Source: Styela clava (Eukaryota). From it: a stretch of 64,000 nucleotides of DNA. The notes beneath the pieces are model-generated. The model did no database searches. It was not told the DNA's origin and saw nothing but the letters and a program-made list of their open reading frames with translations. The DNA lies in contig NC_135260.1 in the NCBI RefSeq assembly GCF_964204865.1, positions 15,190,001 through 15,254,000 of the forward strand, given 5' to 3'. This document shows positions 14,911-27,600 of this stretch, one piece after another. The translations under genes were made by a program, and so were the position numbers. How positions within the stretch are numbered: the first letter of the stretch is position 1; each line of letters starts with the position of its first letter.

Positions 14911-15118
14911 GGTACTCCCGTAGTGTGTGTACCAGGTTAGGGTTAGGCCATAAATTTATTCCGATTTTCCTTATTTAAGTTCTATAACAAGTTCGGGAAC
15001 TGTCTGTGTTAGCCAAGTGAATATACCATAGGATTCAGTCCCTCTACACAACTTGATGTATAACGTAGTCGAACAAAATTAGTTACCTCCATATTGGTAC
15101 ACACACTTTTGGAGCGCC
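14911..15118 (+). mobile_element. Merlin-like MITE with internal GGTTAGGGTTAGG
   Basis: Termini GGTACTCC...GGAGCGCC fit the Merlin GGNRM consensus. Perfect 8-bp TSD GTTTGACA (14903-14910 and 15119-15126). A reverse-oriented homologue lies at 48531-48722. Confidence 0.8.
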
Positions 15119-15826
15119 GTTTGACACAGGTGTTATAAAATGAGTAGGCAATGTCTGGGTAGATTCCGGTACTACAAAAAAAAAATATCTTCTTGCATAT
15201 TAGAGACGATTGACCTTGTAGAGAAATAATAAGAATTGCATGTGATGACGTTGGGGTTTGGTATATGACAGTGCAGTAGTTCCCTGCCCCGAGCGTGATC
15301 TAAGAACTAAGGAATTCGGTAGTCCACGCCAAAATAAAAAGATTCTAATCCTTTTAAATCTCTTTACGTGCCAGTAACTACCATAGACACTTAGCGAAGA
15401 GAAGATATAACATCATAATAATATTGCAAATAGCATTTGAATAAATTTTGTTGTATTGTAGTTTGTAGTGATTTTTGTAACTCACGATGGTTCTGAAATT
15501 CCGATAAAATTCGGTTGTCGTTTTAACTCCATAAACGTTTTGATAAGCGCATCACCATGCTCTCTAACCTATGTCAACACTAGGCATCCACCTAGAATAA
15601 CACAGACTATACCGCAATGTCAATTGACCATACCACTCTCCCAAGCATTTTCGTAGATAAAACGACCAAATTTGAGATTTCTATGCTTGAACCATGTTTA
15701 ATAACACGTGCATTTCAATTTTATATTTTACTTGATTTTGGATGCGGTTTTTATGGTTGAATTTGAATTGGTCTCGCGTGCGCGCGTGAAAGGATTTTTG
15801 AGTCGCTATGAATATTTAGGGTGGTG

Positions 15827-17016
15827 TATGGTGGCCCATCGTTGTCACGCGTAAAATTGAAAATAAAAAATAAAATAAAAAACCGAAAATAAAAAAATTG
15901 TTGTAAAAAAACATAAAATAAATAAGAATAAAAAGAAAATAAAAAGGTTGACAACGATGGTCCGCCTCGTGGCCCATCGTTGTCAGGCGTTTTTATTTTT
16001 AGAAAATTTGCTTCTGCTTGGGACCAACGTTGTCAGGCATAATCCTACGCGCACAAATGTGTTCCCTGGGTTTCAAACTCACTACTGATTTTCTTGAGCA
16101 ATATTCAATATGAAAATGTTCTATAAATTCTCCATGCTACAAGTTCAACAAGAAGTAATATATTTATAATAATGATAAGAGAATATAAAATTGAATACGA
16201 AAATTCGGAAAATTTGTTGTTACGTGTATAAGGTAATTTAATTGGAGAATGCTGCTTAACTACTCAGTTGTCTGGACACTCGCGATGCCGGTACCGTACC
16301 GTCTTACCAAATACCGGTAGTCGGTTATAGTCGCTTTGCGTCTGACCGTACCGGTAGCCATACAATCACTCATCATCTCCCATTCTTTCACGAGTGATTG
16401 CATGGGTACCGGTACGGTCAGACGATACCGTACTGGCATCGCACGAGTGTCTGAGCAGTTAAGCAGCATTTTCCAATTAAATTACCTTCTACACGTCAAA
16501 ACAAATTTTCGTATCCAATTCTATATTCTCTTATCCTTATTATAAATATATTGCTTGTGGTTGAACTTGTAGCATGGAGAATTTATAGAACATTTTCATG
16601 TTGAATTTATTGGATATTGCTCATGAAAATCAGTAGTGAGTTAGAAACCCAGGAAACACATTTGTGCGTGTAGGATTAAGCCTGACAACGTTGGTCCAAA
16701 GCAGCATCAAATTTTTCAAAAATAAAAACGCGTGACAACGATGGGCCACGAGGCGGACCATCGTTGTCAACCTTTTTATTTTCNNNNNNNNNNNNNNNNN
16801 NNNNNNNNNNNNNNNNNNNNNNNNNNNNNNNNNNNNNNNNNNNNNNNNNNNNNNNNNNNNNNNNNNNNNNNNNNNNNNNNNNNNNNNNNNNNNNNNNNNN
16901 NNNNNNNNNNNNATTATTTTTATGTTCTTTCACAACTATTTTTTTTATTTTCGCTTTTTCATTTTATTTTTTCATTTTTTTTTAAATTTTACACGTGACA
17001 ACGATGGGCCACCATA
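15827..17016. mobile_element. Foldback-type palindromic non-autonomous DNA element (1.19 kb) with 6-bp TSD GTGGTG
   Basis: Termini TATGGTGGCCCATCGTTGTCAC ... GTGACAACGATGGGCCACCATA, with GTGGTG at 15821-15826 and 17017-17022. The arms are inverted almost to the centre (loop about 16372-16391). The element contains the N gap. Confidence 0.85.
16784..16912. other. Assembly gap (129 N)
   Basis: Run of n inside the T-rich part of the right arm of the palindrome. Confidence 1.
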
Positions 17017-18611
17017 GTGGTGTTCGCCTTCCAGTGGAATTTGCCAACTTATTGAAATGATGTAATTACAAAAATAACAAAACACGTGACCTGGCTAGCA
17101 TAAATGTATTTACGTATTATTTGGGACATTGCGGCGCCATGTTTTAAGCAATACGTATTCATTTGATTCGGAGTGTGAAAATGTTTGTAGTGTAAAAGGT
17201 TCGGTTGCTATTGTTGAGATTTGCCCATGACATCTTCATACGCCACAAAGACATCTGTTTGACATCTATATGCCACAAATGTGTTTGCGAATGACATTTA
17301 CGTTGTACATGGAGAAAATTGTGTATTGGATTTGTATTTAACATATTTAATAAAACATACACGACAAAGACGATTCCTGATCCAATCGGACTCTTCATAA
17401 GAACCGTTCTGTCAAACCGATCTAAATCCTTTCTAAGCGCGCGGGACTCTCAGACTAAGCGACCAGCGTCGTCCCTTTACCTAACTGAGAGACATGAGCA
17501 GTAAAATGAGTGCAAAAGTTCCGAACATACAGCAAACCGTTTTTTCAATTGCACTTGCTAGTTGCTACTACTGATTGTCCAAGGTTATTTTTTTAAGAGA
17601 AATGTAAGGACGTTCGATGTTTATCATAAAAACGTGTACAATCAGTATTAGGTTTGGGCGAATAAGTTAGTGTTAGAAGCCAGCTTCAGAAACCTAATCT
17701 TCAAAAGGTCACACTGGTCGGCCAGTATTTTTCGTCGTCTTCAAAACACCATAATTTAGTTGGTGCTTGCTATGTTCTACGAGCGCTGGGGCAAATAAAT
17801 ATTGTTACTCACAACTACCGTACGCATGCTACGCTTGATGGTATCTTATCAAACGACAAATCGCTTTGCTTGCTCACGTTTCTCCAATTTATTCATTGTT
17901 CAATCATCCTATTCCATCCTCTATGAAGAGGACAATCGAATTCTTCGTCGAACGTAAACAGAAGCGGCGTCCTAATTGATTGTTATGTTGTTACAGCATA
18001 GGTTGCAAGACAAACAATTTTGTTTGCTAATGGACTTAGTGCTAGATAATACATCATTGTTTATTAGTAATTCTGACCTTCAGTTAAATATAATACCTTC
18101 ACTAGTCAAATATGCTCCGCTTGAACCCAAAGGGATATCCCGATTTGCGGCCTACGGTCGTTTTCACAAGGTTTGATTGTCAGTAAAAGATGCTCTTTCT
18201 AATGGATAGCGCACTAGACGTAACGAGGTCGGCTTTTCGTAAAGTAAAAAATATTCTATTTAAGAAAGTCACACTTTATCATAGACTCAAAGTGACTTCA
18301 GTCATCTAAATTAAATGATTCGGCATCGCACTTACCCAACCGCCAATACGCCTTAGCGCAGTGATTCTCTCTCGAACATGACTCGCATAAATCGTGACTC
18401 GTTCTCCCTCGCGACTCGGGGTTACGGGAGTTCTATCCAACACTGCATATCAATATATCATATTTGTTTCGGGTTTGTTCGAAACACTAACTAATAACTA
18501 ATAATTTAACAACAAATATAAATTAATCGAAATCGTAAAGTGCTCTTGACTTCTTTGTATTTTTCTCTTTACCCAAATACTGTACTCAATATTTTTTTTA
18601 TTCTTTTTCAG

Positions 18612-21600
18612 GGCCCAAAGGAGATAAAGGTCGGCGGGGAAGAAGGGGTAATGTTAACTTAACTAGGCTAAAATGGGGTAGAAAAATGCATGCGTGGAGT
18701 GCATTAGATGACTGAGAAGACTACTACTACACTACTGTGCATAATTTGCATGACAAATTATGGAAGAACTAGCGAACAAAAGCACATCTCTTCTAATTCA
18801 AACAGTTTGTGTTATGAAGTAGCTTGCCAATCAAGTGCCCTCTGGCGCCGCACATGGTGATTTAGGCATTAAGAAAGACGGTGTCATTGTCAGCGTATCG
18901 TTGGGGCTGGTACATTTTCGAATTTACGCGAATTGGTGATTTGAATTCCTATAAAAAAAGAGAATTCGAACCGCGAGTCGTGTAGTATTCGAATATCTCC
19001 AGACCTGCAATACGTAGCACTGTAGGTCAAAATTTATCATACGTGATCATACTTGATAATTATGGTGACCTTGATTGAAACTTGAGAAAAAGACTCATGG
19101 TTGTTCCTAGCTTTATCAAGTATGATTCAAAGATAAATTTTGCGCATTAGTTCCAAAGAGGGACCTCATTTTGGCGCTCTTATGGTTGGCCGAGTGTGGT
19201 GATTTTACCCGGAAAATTCATAATCGCTTGATTCCTTCATCAATTTGATTTTCAAATCGCCACACTTGGCCATACATGCACCGTTATTAATTCATGCACA
19301 CGCACAGTAATTTTAGTTTATGGTGGTAGAGTGAAGTATTTGTTAGATATAGCGTAGAATGTTTAGCTAAATATTTTCTCCACCCATTCCTTGATTTAAT
19401 CCGTATTTTCGTATTTTACAGGTGTTGCGGTAAGTCCACATATATCTCATGTGCTTCAGGCTGTCCATCGCTTTGTGAATCACAGGTTGCTGAGAAAACG
19501 GGGAGGCGAATTAAGAGAAGAGCCGTTTTCTCAGCTCGTTTTAGTGATATCATTAGACGTGGAATTGTCTTATTTAACTTAACAAAATTTTGCTCTCTTT
19601 CTGGTTATTTTTTCAAGACGGGATTTTTTGTCTTTTTCTATTTTTCCCATTATGTTCCCAATCTGCCTTATTACATAAATCTTTCTATTCTTAGATTATT
19701 AATCTGATTGCCTAAACGGGGTTACAAATGTACATAAAGCATGCTATCTCGCACATGCGGTGACATTGCTCGCTTGGAGGCCACCATGGCATGATAATTG
19801 CGCATTATTACATCACAAAGCGTTCGTTCAACTTTACTTAAAATTTTACACAAAATACGTGTAATTTTTAACGAAATTTTGCATAATTCCATATCCAATC
19901 CATGCCGACCGTTATAAATATAATTTCTAATCGATAGTCATTTCGTACTTTTCTAATTAGTGTTAAATAACCAAACAATTTTGTTTGCGAATAGTTTTGT
20001 GTTATTTGTAAAATCTTCAACCACCACAACCTCTAGTTTAGTTGAGGTTGCGGAGTCATTTTAGTCATTAGTAAATAATAATTATGAAACAACTCGCCTA
20101 GACTATAACACACACATTCGTGTCAACATACCATTTCAACATCTCACGTAGCGTAGAATAAATATCACAAACATGTGAAATTGGCATTATTTTCAAATTA
20201 TTATTTTCAACATACACCGCAATGTCAGTCGAATGGCCTGAAGTTTAATGATTTGTTGAAAAAATAGATTTCCTTCAAATTATGTTAAATTCGATTTAAA
20301 TGTAATATTTCAAAATTTAATTTGAACTTTAATTTTAAATCTATGTATTTGTGGTTATAATTGAAAATGTCAGAAGTTTACGACTTTGCTTTCGTATTTC
20401 AAATAACTGAGTATTCTTAAATTGTTCCACCTCGTTTCGTGCTTCCCTGGCTTTAATTTTAACCCTATTATTTTAACTTCCTGTTATTTGACTGACTTCT
20501 CATTATGTATATCGACCAAAAATGCTGGTTAGAGATAAATTCTGCTTCGATGATCTTTATAGATTCGTTCTATACTGTCTGCTCATTCTTATAAACCGAT
20601 CCCCCGCTTTAATTACTCCCAACTAACTTTGTATTTTTTTTTTTCATTTTTTTGATTTCCTGCAAATTACGTTTGACCTTGCTGTTGCCTGCACCGTGGA
20701 ACAGGGTCGAAATGGCATAAACGGATTCCCGGTACATATTATTCATATTTTACTTTCCTCTCTTTCTGAATCCACTTTTTTTCTTTTATGAACTTTCAAT
20801 ATAGATGCATCTTTTGATTTTGCTTTTGCCTGATTTGTGATGTAATAAAATTTGATTTTGTTAATTTAAAATAACTTATAGCAAGTTTAAATCAAAAATG
20901 AATCAAATTTATATTCTGATTGAGCTTTTATAATCGAATTCTAAATTTAGCTACTAATTCCGATATCTATAAATCGACAAATATTTTTAGTTGAATTTAT
21001 ATATTTGCAGACAGTAATTGGACAAAAAATACGGTGTTGAAAATAAAATTTGAAAAATGCAATTGAAACCATAGAATGCTGCAAATTAATTGATATTGTA
21101 CGGATTCAAACGCATTTAAATTTTAGCAAATTTTTAGCAATCTCGTTAATATAAAATGGCTAAATGAATTGATTACCTTTTAGTATTGAATTCTCTCAAA
21201 ATTTCTTTCTATTTTTTCTATGCATGATTGAGTGTTCTTACTAACTTTTCTCGTTTTTTTCTTTACAATTTCATTCTCTTGCTTTTTTTAACATCCGCTT
21301 TGGCTGCGCAATAACATTTTATCACATGCATGACCTCACCGGCATAAATTCACGATTCACACCATCCCATTTCGGTACTGTAGATAGGTACGTTCACAAC
21401 ATATATAGAACACTTCACTTGTAGACAAAATTAGATGTTTTGTGTTTTTTTATTACCACACAAATAATACTAATAATAAACGGATTTCAGTAAATAGCAG
21501 ATATTATTCTATATGCGAAACACATCTTAATGGCCTTTCATGGTAATTCAATGATCACATTTGTACCAAATGTTGGACACAGTAAATATTTAAATTATTA

Positions 21601-24600
21601 TTGCAAAACACGTTTTTCTGCACAATAAAATGTAGACGCTCACGAAATAGTTATCAAAAACTAGTTTTCAGCTCGGCATTGCTGCCTAGTTGTGCTGTTA
21701 ACACCGTGGCGTGCTTTTCGTGTGTGCAGTGCTTGAAACACAGCGCATATGTGCAAGGGTATAGTATCATCTTCTATGCCTTCCAAAGCCAGTTTAAACT
21801 GGTTTTTACCAGTTACAACTGGAGATGCCCAGTGGTTTTGACATCCTTAGAAAACCTTTTACACTTGATGAACCGAAGAAGTCGTTTATTTGAGTCTGTG
21901 CACTGTATGTATGAATTGAATGATTGTATGTTATATAAGAAATTTAGATTGTGTGATTTTTTTTGGTTAGTGTTAAAAATCCTTTTCTTTGATCTTCTGA
22001 TCGGCATGATGCACGAAGCCAAGTGAGAGGGAACTTATGGTTATTGGGTAAGTTTCCTATGATTTTCTTTTATTTCAACACGAAATTGTCGAATACTGAA
22101 AGGTAGAGTAAGATCACTAGAATGATACCACTGGTCATCTATTTTTTCAACCATTTATCAAATATTAAAGTAAAATTAGAGTTATTCGTAGGCACAAAAT
22201 TTTGCATGTTAGAATATCAATATGAAATGTAAAGAATTCAAATTTGCTTCTCCAAGTAAAGTTACACTCAAAATGCATGTTATCGAGTTTTAGCATATGT
22301 TTAGCACTGCACTGTAAGTACAAAATATATGAAGTGTGCCCGTTTTTATGAAAAGCGTTCAAACCAGTTGAGTAATTATAATGAATACAATGTCTGATGA
22401 ATGAAAAATTGCCATTTCCAAAGCATGATCTACTTGTATACAACACTTCCCTAATCGCCATCTCATCACGCTATGAAAGCTCTGCCACATAGCACGAAAA
22501 CGGACCTATGTCTGAAACCCAACATTAAACAATCACAATTATCATTAAATTAACTCTTTTTATCACAAAAAAAAACGTAAAATTAACTTGACATTTAATA
22601 CTTTTTTGTCAAATGCAAGTTGAATTTACAAGTTTTTTGTGATGCATATCAATGCATGCTTCCATAATTATCACCAGAGAAATAATGTGACAAGTAATAA
22701 AAACTGTAATCTAACTCTGTATATTTTATTTTAGGGGCCGATAGGAATGCCAGGGCGCCCAGGCGAGAAGGTAAATGAATAATTCGTATATAAAATGACC
22801 AATTCTTAAATAATATGCCGGAAAATATTCCTCGATTAGTTGTTACTCGCACAAACCTCGAACACTTTTATCCCCAGAAGTAACGAGGACAGATATATTT
22901 CTGGATAGCGCAATTATATATCTATAAACTATCGTGGATACAAACATTACAAGTTCATATAATCATGACAAATTCAACCAAGAAACACGAATGCTAACTC
23001 GCTCATCTATATTACTATTTACAAATGCCTTCTAATATTTAGGGGTGTCCTGGCGAAAGGGGACTAGTCGGACCAAAAGTAAGTTAACCATGTTATGCTT
23101 AACATTACATTTGGCTATCGTATACTCTCGACAGCAATTTTGAGACCAAAATTATTTCTTGCTCTCTCAGGGAGATGCAGCCAAGCCAATGTTTGCTGGT
23201 CCCAGAGGATCCCCGGTATGAATAAGCATGATACATCATCCTTCATTCTAATATATATTTTCACCCTAAACGCCATTTGGACTTAGTAATTCTTATTATA
23301 CGTTCAGTTTTTATCATCGCACATACGGTAATGTTGTCCCCGGGTTACATGGTCGTACGTGTTATTTTTTTTTTATACGAATTTCGCTCCGAGCAAGGCT
23401 CCATATAAGCAGCCACTGGTATGTTAGTTGCTCCATTATTTTGTAAAGACCGTAATCTTGTCGTTTTGGCATTACTATTCCATTTTATTACACTCTTTGG
23501 CGAGATGGTCGGCATGGTGTGTAAACCCGATGTCGCCATAGCTAAGTCTGACGCGCTAACGCTAACCAATAGGCCACCGAGTTCGTGCATTTAATTATAC
23601 ATCATAGCGTTTTTAGTACCACAAAAATTATATCCGCTTTGTCATCAAAACTTTAGTGATCATCATCAAACACACATTGCAAAAATAATTTTTGAAAGGC
23701 ATTTACTTCATTTATTATCTTTAAAATTGTGTTCGAAAATTGAAAAAATCTCCCGCCACAGATTCGTGCACTGTATTCATCGTTACTTTTTCTATTTACA
23801 GGGACTTCGTGGACCTCCAGGATTCCCGGTTTGAAGTTTTTCCGATCCCGAAAAACTACTATTAGTGCTTTAAACCTGAAATCATAACATCATAATTTAT
23901 TATATTGTGTGGTTGCATATGCTTGACTGTTGTGTACGACAATTTTGGTTCAACAAGTGTTAGGAGCGTTCACTATGAATGTCAAAACCAACTTTTGAAA
24001 GTGCTAGAAATATCTTTGAACCCCATTCTTTGCCACTTTTATTATTTATTATTATTAATATATATTATTTCTAATACAGGGACCTATCGGGATGAAAGGC
24101 GATAGGGTAGGTGGAATAGGAAATCAAAATCTTTCGATTTTCAGTTGAATCCTTTTGTTTTTACAGTTTTTTTTAACGATGCCAATTATTTTTTCAGGGT
24201 GCACCAGGAATTGCAGGTCGAGATGGAGCTAAGGTAACTAACTAGATATTATCTGTAAATTAATGTCAAGGCAAACCTCTCATGATAGACGAATATGAAA
24301 TTGATGTTATTTGAATTTTAAATTTTAGGAAGATGGTGTCATTATTATTATTATTCTGTTCTTTAATGAAAATTTTTATGTCCTGTAGGAATAATGACAT
24401 ACATACATTTAAGTTATCAATATACTATATAGTTCGTGGAGAACTAGTTTATAATTATAGACAAAAAAACGGAAACCATGAATTCCTTATTTACTTCTAC
24501 AAAAATGAAGAAAATTTATTTAATTCTTCAACTTCTGGTCGCGTATAACTGTATCCAAAAGTTTCAGTAATGTAGGACGCTTTGTACGAAGTTATGTTCT

Positions 24601-27600
24601 CTCTGGAATATGTTCCAAATAATCTGAATTCTATTTTTAGTCACCTTATATTACCAATCTGGTAAATTAATCTGTTCATTTTGCAAATTATCTGACCTTG
24701 TCGTCTTGTTTTTAGGGCGAACCTGGAATGACACAATATGGAGCGGTATGTCGTATTTTTGTACTTATTTCTGATTGTTTATTCTTATGTTTGGTGATGT
24801 TTTTGGGGGTTTTTGTGTTTGTTCACCAGGAAAATATGAAACTCAATTGGTCAGACATAATCCGTGGATTTGTTGAGCTGTTCACCTACAGATTATGCTT
24901 GGTCAATTGTGGTAGAATACCAATATCAGTAGAAAATTGTAGAGTATAGAAAGCATAGTTGGACTGGTAAAAGTGCTAACACAATCAAAAAAATATAGGT
25001 TCATAGCACCTTTTTTTTCTCAAAAATTATGTGACATTGTGCAAATTGATTTCATAGCGATAAGTCATGTAAGATTGCTAGAAGATTGCTAGATTGTCCT
25101 ACCTTTTATCATCACTAGAATTGACCGACCTTCGAAGCGCAAAATTCTGCCTATTTGAACTCAATAATTTGAGCTATGCATTCCAATTTGAATAGGGTTG
25201 AGTTTTGTGTAGAATCGTTTAAACTCGATGCTGATTCCCATTTGTTCATTTTCTAAATATTTACTTGTAAACCTTATATTCAGTAGAATTAGACGTAGCC
25301 CCATATATGTATGTTTTCATGAATTTTCACAGTAAAATCCGCTAATATTATTGTTTTAAAGCTTTTAAACTGACTTCAATCAGTCAATTTCTTTACAACT
25401 GATTAATAACATTTGTCTGAATTTTCAATCTTTAAACTTTTCTCTGTACTGACTGATGTTTTAACTTGGCCTAATTTGTAACAAAACGATCATAAATATC
25501 AAAATAATCTTGCTTTATTGAGCAAAAGTGTAAAGTCCATTTCTCACTTTGTTTTTTCTTGCTTGTACCATTTCATGTATCCTGTTCCACCCCTGTTGCA
25601 TGATGATCGTATATGTCTGTTACTGTCATTCACTTCGATCTGGAATTTGTGACGTCACAATACCATTTTGCTTATCGATGACGACCGCTCAATCCATCAG
25701 GATTCGGTTCAGAGCACCGAGCCCCGTCCTGCAAGCCTGCTTCAGCCACCCCAGCAAGTTTATTTAGTGACATCGTCGCAAGAGTACGAAAACCTGCTCT
25801 CGTCTATGAGTGCGGGAGATCGGTCAAAGGTCAAGTATTTCTAATTTACCCCTTGACCTCCACGATTCTCTGCATTTTAAGCTGAATCGTGTTTGGCCAA
25901 GCATGTTTAATTTCTCAATTTTTAACACGTATGAATGCATGCGTACTCGACTACTAATTCGAATTCACTATTTTATCTAATTAAAATTCGGATAAAAAAA
26001 TCAAGTGCGATAATTTGTATTTCCTCAGAATATTCGCCGGAAATAACGTCTCAGATTGCTTGCTCTTTTTTATTTGCTTTGCATGTACACAGCAGGTCAC
26101 AACAATTCTCCGTAAACAAAAAGAATATCCATGAATACCTATTTTATTTTTGTCTTTTTTTATCATATTTACATAATTATCTTTCAAATATTCTAGCATG
26201 CTGCATGTTCATCTTTTAAACGTAATTTATTTCACTTATCCAACCACTGTTTTGTTGATTAATTATTATTTAGATAAATTTTTAATTTTTAGTTGCTTTT
26301 GTTTTGTGTTTTAGTGGTGATTGATTGTGGTGATAGCATTTAATAATATTTTCAATATTGAATAGCGAACGACGTTGTGTACTTGTTGGATTATATAAGA
26401 ACTGGATAAACAGCCGTATCACCGTCGTGTGTGTTTTCCAAAAAAAAAAAATTGATGTTTTAAATTTACCAGAATTTTGGAACTTTGGCATTTATCTGAC
26501 ATAAGTTTACAACTGATCTTCAATATTAGACTGTGTAACGGCCTAAATAAAAAGTATAAACAAATAAACGATATAAAAAAAAAATTATTGGCCGAATTAC
26601 GCGATTTCTTTTATCTAAAACTTTCAAACTTTGGATATTTGGTTGCATTTGAAGCTATGCAGTCCCCTTGAAAACATTTAAATATTTAATTTATTTTTGT
26701 AAACAAAACTGGCCACAATATTCGCACTTCCCGAATATTTGTAATATTATATGATTACACAAATCACGCTTCGATATTTAACATCGGGTGTTTTTGCATG
26801 CTTTTAATTAGTATGAAAAACGTTTTTTTCCTAACAGTGGTTATTTTTTAAATTTAGGTTGCTTTCAGAGATGGTTTCAGAATCAATGCCCACGAAAAAG
26901 AAAAACTTTACGCTTACGAGGTGAGTTCGCGTTTTAAGTCTATATCATTAGTTTTCAACTTTTTCAGTGGAACGGAACCCAATGAATCATTCTCCCGTGT
27001 AATTGATTTTATGTCTATTTGAGTATATATATTATTATATTTGTTATCATAGAATGTGAAACAACAATTTGATGCGGAACACCTGAATGTCTTCTATAAA
27101 ACACATTTCATGGCTATTTTATACTTTGTATTTCATGTCATTTAAACGGTATAAATAATAATACAGATTCTCCAATTTGGAAGTAAATTTAAATATATAC
27201 ATTTTCCGGCTCTCCCGAACTATGTGCACCAAGATGGCGCACAACCTGAACCCTAACCTGATACTATGTTCGGTTTGAGCGCCATCTTGGTGCACATACT
27301 TCTGGAGGTCCCATTTTCCGATTGAGGGTTGTTCTTATTTGATAGAGGATGATATGTACTTCCACATTATACATTTTCTATTCTAACCTTGCCATTTCTT
27401 TTATTTTCAGACTGAAGGCAAACCTGGCGCACAGGGTCCCCCCGGCCCTCCTGGGCCTCCTGGCCCACCCGGACCGGTGGTGAGTCACAATTGAGATTTT
27501 TCTGTTTTGTTTACTTAATAAAAACTGTCTGTTTCAAATCATTTTTTTTTTCTATTGTATTTATTTATTTAAATACCCATAATAGCTCAGAGAAACTACA

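Noticed and set aside
26858-26920. Alternative frame [21 protein letters not shown] for this exon, reached from a donor near 25835
   Set aside because: It would put the next exon (27411) out of Gly-X-Y frame; the phase-0 reading keeps the collagen register.
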